Below, piece by piece: positions 59,047 through 64,000 of a stretch of DNA of 64,000 nt. Made by a program: the position numbers and the translations under genes. Each line of letters begins with the position of its first letter. The stretch's first letter is position 1. The notes beneath the pieces are model-generated. The model worked only from the letters and a program-made list of their open reading frames with translations. It was not told where the DNA came from and did not search any database. Origin of the DNA: a virus; IMG/VR virus record IMGVR_UViG_3300005573_000073, positions 29,706 through 93,705 of that record; one strand, written 5' to 3'.

Positions 59047-59305
59047 AACTCCATCCCGCCTCGTCTAAACTTAACTTTTTCTTTTTGTTTTTATCTTTTC
59101 TTGTTTTAAGTAAATTGTAAACTGATATTTGTATACATATCAAATTAAGCAATACTGTTGGAAGCGTGTTAACAAGCAAACCGTAAACTGTCAATAACAA
59201 TCCACCTAGAATGCTTATAACCTGTGACGTTTCATAATGTTTTCTGGTTAAGTAAAGAGTTAGTAAAACGAACATCATGCCCAAATAACCAATTATGTCT
59301 ATCAT
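59036..59305 (-). CDS. Three-helix membrane protein
   Basis: Three hydrophobic segments. Confidence 0.6.
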   Translation of the reverse strand: MIDIIGYLGMMFVLLTLYLTRKHYETSQVISILGGLLLTVYGLLVNTLPTVLLNLICIQISVYNLLKTRKDKNKKKKLSLDEAGWSYVD

Positions 59306-59595
59306 TGTTTTTTCACCTCTTCCAATAACTTTTCAAACTTCCGAACAACTAATCTCATAGCGTCTAACCACCCTTCCTGATAGGTTCCATATGGCGATCC
59401 TATTGGTGCAGGTATATTTTCCAATTCGTAAATTAACTGTTCTATTTTTCCATATTGAATCTGTTTAGGTAGAAGTTTGAAGACTTCTTTAATTTCCTGT
59501 TCATCAATCTTTAGCGTGGCTGGTTCCAACTTAACGTTCATTCTTATAATTGGTTCTTTTTTATGTCGTTTAAATTGTTTTTTCTTCATTTTCAA
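59302..59595 (-). CDS. Hypothetical protein
   Basis: Overlap-coupled ORF in the minus-strand operon. Confidence 0.5.
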   Translation of the reverse strand: MKMKKKQFKRHKKEPIIRMNVKLEPATLKIDEQEIKEVFKLLPKQIQYGKIEQLIYELENIPAPIGSPYGTYQEGWLDAMRLVVRKFEKLLEEVKKQ

Positions 59596-59785
59596 TCTCC
59601 CAATTAACTTTTATACAGAATGAATGTTCCTTTATGGGTATTGTTCCACTTACTGAACCTCTCTTTTCAAAAGTAATATCTGGCAGTTTATCCCATAATT
59701 TACACAATAAATCTTTTTCTTTTTTATTTGAGGGAACTAACACTATAAACAATCCTAATGCATTTTTATGAAATTTTGCTTTCAT
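59570..59785 (-). CDS. Hypothetical protein
   Basis: Overlap-coupled ORF with GAGGAG RBS. Confidence 0.5.
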   Translation of the reverse strand: MKAKFHKNALGLFIVLVPSNKKEKDLLCKLWDKLPDITFEKRGSVSGTIPIKEHSFCIKVNWEIENEEKTI

Positions 59786-60096
59786 TTTTTATTCTCCTCA
59801 AAAAGTTTATTGAATTTTTCTCTTATTTTTCTCATGTGAATTCTGAATCGTGCAATATTTGTAAAATTAGCACTTCCAACATGAAGTTTAGGTTCATTTT
59901 CTTCGGACAGCAATCGTTTAAACTGTTGTAGTTTCTGTTTCAACTCATCTATTTCTTTTTGTGCATCCTCGAGTCTAACCCATAAATCATTACAAACTGG
60001 AAATGGAATGCCATGATAACTCTGCCTAGCTCTTTCAGCCTCAACCATCCGACTTATTTGATCTGAAGTTTTTGCTTTTTTATTCAAGTTGCACAT
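59782..60096 (-). CDS. Hypothetical protein
   Basis: Overlap-coupled ORF. Confidence 0.5.
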   Translation of the reverse strand: MCNLNKKAKTSDQISRMVEAERARQSYHGIPFPVCNDLWVRLEDAQKEIDELKQKLQQFKRLLSEENEPKLHVGSANFTNIARFRIHMRKIREKFNKLFEENKK

Positions 60097-60256
60097 AATT
60101 TATCCCAATCAACAATCATATTTCTTTTCAATTTTCAAAATTGCCTGCTTCAACTTTTCATACGTGGTGTCTGGCAATATTAATTGGAAACGTCTCCATT
60201 TTTCATCACAGCACGATGCATCTTCATGGTCAGTAAATATCACAACTTTAATCATG

Positions 60257-60454
60257 TCACCAGTCTCCTTCTTCATCGAAAAACTCTTCTGTTTCAGTAT
60301 CATCTTCCCAATCCTCGTCTTCCCATTCTTCCTCTTGCCTTTCTTCTTCATATTCTTCCTGCTCTTTAATACTCCATGTATGTCCACAATCCAGACATAT
60401 AAACCCTTCATCGTATTCTCTAACATGTTCAGACCAGCATTCAGGACATTTCAA
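60257..60454 (-). CDS. TFIIB/TFB-type Zn ribbon with very acidic tail
   Basis: CPEC...ICLDCG then a D/E-dominated C-terminal half. Confidence 0.65.
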   Translation of the reverse strand: MKCPECWSEHVREYDEGFICLDCGHTWSIKEQEEYEEERQEEEWEDEDWEDDTETEEFFDEEGDW

Positions 60455-60589
60455 CTTCCATTCAACTCCTCTAAAATTTGATTCGTATAAATATACATTT
60501 TACATTTTCGACAATTATCATAGTCTTCTTCACAGCATTTAGAGCAGGTTACTTTCTGAATGTTTTTAACCAGTTCCTTTATTTTGGCT

Positions 60590-61255
60590 TTATTCATTTT
60601 GATCACTTTTAATATTAACAGTTTCTCCTTTATAAACTTTGCGGTCTTTTTCCATAGCTTCTTTTTTCTTACTTTCTTGCTGTTGTTGATAATCCTCAAA
60701 AACTTTACGATTAACCAGTTGCTTCAAATATTCCCTTACATCTTCATCTTTAACAGTGTTAACAATTAACCCTTTTCCTTTAACTCCACGCTTCCTCATT
60801 CGTTCCAAAGCTTCCCTTCGCATACGTGCCTTAATAGCTTGTCGTTGCTGCCTAGCGAAAGACCTGCATTTCAAACAGTAATTTTCTTTTATAACATCAA
60901 CTTTTTCAACAAGTTTAACCTGATCGCTAGAAGTTTTATACGTGCTAATGTCAAACTGGTCGGCAACGTTAAAGTTACCTAGAACAGAACACGTTTTAAT
61001 CTTGTCCAAATGAACAAGCCACACTTTGTATTTTCCATCTTTAAAATCTAATTCTTTCCTGAAGTCTTTTGGAGTTTCAGGTTCCAAAGGTTTCGATTTT
61101 AACGGTTCCCGCATAAACTTCTCCGCATCTTCAACATTGTCAAACTCTTTTAATACATATTTACGTTCAGGTTTAGCTAACCAAACAACATAACGTGTCT
61201 GTGTCGGCGACCAAAACTTACTTCCACAATACGCACAGTTTATTTGACGTTTCAT
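60590..61255 (-). CDS. Hypothetical Zn-binding protein
   Basis: CAYC...CLKC; contains an internal promoter at 60630-60662. Confidence 0.6.
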   Translation of the reverse strand: MKRQINCAYCGSKFWSPTQTRYVVWLAKPERKYVLKEFDNVEDAEKFMREPLKSKPLEPETPKDFRKELDFKDGKYKVWLVHLDKIKTCSVLGNFNVADQFDISTYKTSSDQVKLVEKVDVIKENYCLKCRSFARQQRQAIKARMRREALERMRKRGVKGKGLIVNTVKDEDVREYLKQLVNRKVFEDYQQQQESKKKEAMEKDRKVYKGETVNIKSDQNE

Positions 61256-61653
61256 TTATTCCATTCACCCATTTTTTTTCTTATTTCCAGTTCTTCAGGC
61301 TTTAATCTACGTAAAAGTTGCTTATAAACCTTTCGGTAATTCACTGTATCTGGAAAAAAACATAACTTATTGGGGTATGCAAAAGGACTTACTAAATGTG
61401 CTACACGTGTAGAACCAAAATGTTTAATTTTAACATAAAAACGCCATTTACGAGTGCATTCCCGCAATAGTTTAAGTAGTGAAACTTCAGTTAACTCGTG
61501 AACGTAAAATTCTACTTGTTCACATTCATGTTCAGACGCATAAATTATTGTTGAACCCCAATCAAGCTCTGCAAAACCATAATCTTCACTGGTTAACTTA
61601 AACTTGCATTCACTAGTGTCAAAAACATAATTTTTCTGTTTAAGTTTAAACAA
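61252..61653 (-). CDS. Hypothetical protein
   Basis: Overlap-coupled ORF. Confidence 0.5.
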   Translation of the reverse strand: MFKLKQKNYVFDTSECKFKLTSEDYGFAELDWGSTIIYASEHECEQVEFYVHELTEVSLLKLLRECTRKWRFYVKIKHFGSTRVAHLVSPFAYPNKLCFFPDTVNYRKVYKQLLRRLKPEELEIRKKMGEWNK

Positions 61654-62356
61654 TTCCCTCGTCTCTCCACTCTCGCAGTTTATATGTTTTGAAGTCTGGA
61701 AGCATAAAAACCAATACTCCAGTAGTTTTTGCTACACGTTGAACTTCGTAGCCTATACGTTGCATTAAAAGTATCTTGTTTTTAAACTTGTCTTTTTCCG
61801 TGCTCGCAACTTGCTTAATAACTGCTTCAGAGATGGCTCGCAAGAAACATCTTTCACCATTCTTAACAAGTATGTTTGTTAAATATAATATTAAATCTTC
61901 CAATTCTGCACTTGAAAAAACCATAGGATTCTGATTATTATTCATTTTTCCACTTGTCAATCTGTTCCATTTTTCCTCGTTTAAAATTACTTGAACACGT
62001 TCCTGAAACTTATTCCACCATTCATTAATAAATTGTTTAAGCATTAACTCAACTTCTTTTTTCACTGATTCATCTATATCATCTGGAAATTCATCATAGT
62101 CTAAAAGAAACTGAACAATCTTCCAGAATTCAGTATCACTTAAAAATGACTTACTATAAAAATCAACGTAAAATCTTAAATCGTCAATACATGTTAAAAT
62201 AATACGTCTATCTCTTTCCCTCGGTTCAATCTGCGGATAAAATTCACGAAGTAAACTAATGATTATATCTTCTAATTTTATATCTATATTTTCCTTTTCC
62301 ATTTGGAACCCCCAAACTTTCAACATCTGGAACTCCGCCATCAAACAAATTATCAA
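61646..62356 (-). CDS. Hypothetical protein
   Basis: Long ORF; likely start MEKEN. Confidence 0.55.
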   Translation of the reverse strand: MIICLMAEFQMLKVWGFQMEKENIDIKLEDIIISLLREFYPQIEPRERDRRIILTCIDDLRFYVDFYSKSFLSDTEFWKIVQFLLDYDEFPDDIDESVKKEVELMLKQFINEWWNKFQERVQVILNEEKWNRLTSGKMNNNQNPMVFSSAELEDLILYLTNILVKNGERCFLRAISEAVIKQVASTEKDKFKNKILLMQRIGYEVQRVAKTTGVLVFMLPDFKTYKLREWRDEGIV

Positions 62357-62558
62357 ACTTTGAACTCACAGAATATCCCTCAAGTTTTCCAATTACAGTA
62401 TGCAGTAACTCATGATTCAACACTCTATTAATGAATCGTTCACTGCACCATTTACCTAAAACAATAATCTTACGATTTCTAGGACATATAATAGCATATT
62501 TAGATCCGAAACACAAACGTGAACAATGCCTGCAAACTTCACTGGATTTTACTTCCAT
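62256..62558 (-). CDS. Small HExxH protein
   Basis: VLNHELLH; follows the promoter at 62594-62626. Confidence 0.5.
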   Translation of the reverse strand: MEVKSSEVCRHCSRLCFGSKYAIICPRNRKIIVLGKWCSERFINRVLNHELLHTVIGKLEGYSVSSKFDNLFDGGVPDVESLGVPNGKGKYRYKIRRYNH

Positions 62559-62603
62559 CTTCTCATCTTCAAAAATATTAATTGTTAAACTACTTAATAA
62601 ACT

Positions 62604-63248
62604 TTACGGATTTTTTCCATAGCACTCAAACTTTTGTAACCATTCCTTATATTTTTCTGCTTGTTCACGTGTTTTCTTTTTTGACAAGTGATGAATAATA
62701 AATTGTTTTAATGGTGGAAAATCTTTAACGTTATAATCAACTAACTCATTGTTAATTTGTAGGTAACGATGATTTTTACTCAAATGCATTCCACTGCATT
62801 TTTTCAGAAGGCGAGGGGGTAAAATCCACATGGCTTTATCTTGTGACTGGTCATGCTCAAACATGTAAAAACAGTATCCTTTAACTGGTTTTTTAAGTAA
62901 CTCATTAATTTCTTCACGGGAAGGAAAATTTACTAGAATTTCATCACTGTCAATAATCATAAACCAGTCTCCGTCTGGAACTTCAGAAATAAGTATGTTT
63001 CGTGCTTCACACTGATGAAACGGTCTTGTTAACATCATAAATTTAATTTGCAGTGGAGAATTACATTTTTGATTTTGTATAAACTCCCAAATTTTTTCAA
63101 TTGTTCCATCTGTTGAACGTAAACTTCCTTCATAACCTATCCAGCGACCTTCTAAAATAACTATGCGATCAACAATTTTACTTAAAATAGTTAAAACTTG
63201 ACTTATTGTTTCCACATTATTCCAAACACAAACTAATGCGTGTAACAT
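62604..63248 (-). CDS. Glycosyltransferase family 2-like protein
   Basis: VCVWN, STDGT, ARN, IIDSDE. Confidence 0.8.
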   Translation of the reverse strand: MLHALVCVWNNVETISQVLTILSKIVDRIVILEGRWIGYEGSLRSTDGTIEKIWEFIQNQKCNSPLQIKFMMLTRPFHQCEARNILISEVPDGDWFMIIDSDEILVNFPSREEINELLKKPVKGYCFYMFEHDQSQDKAMWILPPRLLKKCSGMHLSKNHRYLQINNELVDYNVKDFPPLKQFIIHHLSKKKTREQAEKYKEWLQKFECYGKNP

Positions 63249-63259
63249 TTACTTCATCT

Positions 63260-63463
63260 TCATTTAGATTTAAAATAAAACGTCCACGCCATTGTCGTCA
63301 ACGAAAAAGTATATTTTAACATTTCAACAGCCGTGTTTGCTAAAGTATCATTTCTTAACGCTGCTCCTATTCCAGCTAAAATTATGCATAGTATTGTTAT
63401 TAAAGAGGAGATTATTGCCAAATAAAACGGTTTATCAGCTTCTTTAATTTCTCTTTCTGACAT
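63260..63463 (-). CDS. Small two-helix membrane protein (holin-like size)
   Basis: Two hydrophobic segments. Confidence 0.5.
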   Translation of the reverse strand: MSEREIKEADKPFYLAIISSLITILCIILAGIGAALRNDTLANTAVEMLKYTFSLTTMAWTFYFKSK

Positions 63464-63914
63464 TGTTTATCATCTCTATTATTTTTTCGTCATATTCTAT
63501 TTGTGACTGAAGTTTTATTTTAAGATACCAATTATACGTCATTAAACTTATTCCACTCCACCAGAAAACATGTGCAGTCCACCTTGATGGACCTTTAGGC
63601 AGAAAACTTAACAGGTTAAAAGCGATCACAGTTAATCCTAAACCTAAATAATGAATTAAATTATTGAAGAATCCAGACTCTATCACATTGACACCTGTTG
63701 TTGCTAATCCAAGTCCAACATAAACTCCATGTGTCGGTCTTTCAATGTCAACTTCATATTCTTCACATTCCCACCAGAAATCGTGACTTGCAACTCCAAT
63801 TCCAAGCCAGTATAATACTGAACCAATAAGTTTCTTGTCAACAGTCTTCTCAAACTCTTTAAGTTTAAGTTGTATCTCGTTAATTAGCAGTTTAATATTT
63901 TTCCAATCTAACAT
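63444..63914 (-). CDS. Membrane protein
   Basis: Several hydrophobic segments with spaced His residues. Confidence 0.55.
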   Translation of the reverse strand: MLDWKNIKLLINEIQLKLKEFEKTVDKKLIGSVLYWLGIGVASHDFWWECEEYEVDIERPTHGVYVGLGLATTGVNVIESGFFNNLIHYLGLGLTVIAFNLLSFLPKGPSRWTAHVFWWSGISLMTYNWYLKIKLQSQIEYDEKIIEMINNVRKRN

Positions 63915-64000
63915 TTTAATGAATTCTTCAAATTCTTTTAAGTTTTCTTCAAAAATTAGACTTTCACTAATATTTCTACGTTTCTTCCAATAATAAATAG

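Larger units (their letters stand above)
1..64000. mobile_element. Segment of a head-tailed archaeal virus (or provirus) genome
   Basis: Terminase, portal, prohead protease, capsid, neck and tail genes are present, with archaeal promoter and RBS signals and RadA/primase types. No host housekeeping operons or att/integrase seen. Confidence 0.9.

Noticed and set aside
1-64000. Stop-codon reassignment, tRNA genes, integrase/att sites, diversity-generating retroelement
   Set aside because: All three stops end well-formed genes at normal density; no cloverleaf, recombinase, reverse transcriptase or template/variable repeat pair was recognised by eye.

Overview
This window is an AT-rich segment of a head-tailed (Caudoviricetes-like) virus genome, very probably infecting an archaeon. 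The archaeal signals are BRE-TATA promoters, GGTGA ribosome-binding sites, oligo-T terminators, a RadA-type recombinase, a PriS/PriL-type primase and a Cas4-like nuclease. The left part (1-35.6 kb) holds virion and replication genes in a scrambled, two-strand order: tail/receptor proteins, a short tape measure, a tail chaperone with a -1 frameshift site, terminase, tail tube, prohead protease, scaffold, major capsid protein, RadA, primase, portal, and two neck proteins that each carry a LAGLIDADG intein. A repeat-rich non-coding zone (about 35.8-37.3 kb) separates this from a minus-strand accessory arm (37.3-64 kb). The standout observation is in 40-54 kb. There, 15 of about 27 genes, mostly small Zn-binding proteins with several unrelated bodies, end in the same C-terminal tetrapeptide F-[IV]-F-R-stop written with varying synonymous codons, and a 16th carries the motif but appears to have lost its stop. 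This looks like a shared docking or targeting tail, for example a mimic of the proteasome HbYX motif, a degron, or a tag read by the neighbouring MoxR/VWA or other ATPases. Also seen: a 16-bp palindromic operator-like site in 15 exact copies, an extended promoter motif in 10 copies, a triplicated non-coding element, and three candidate small structured RNAs. No DNA polymerase, integrase, tRNA, rRNA or CRISPR array was recognised. All family assignments come from reading motifs by eye, not from database searches.
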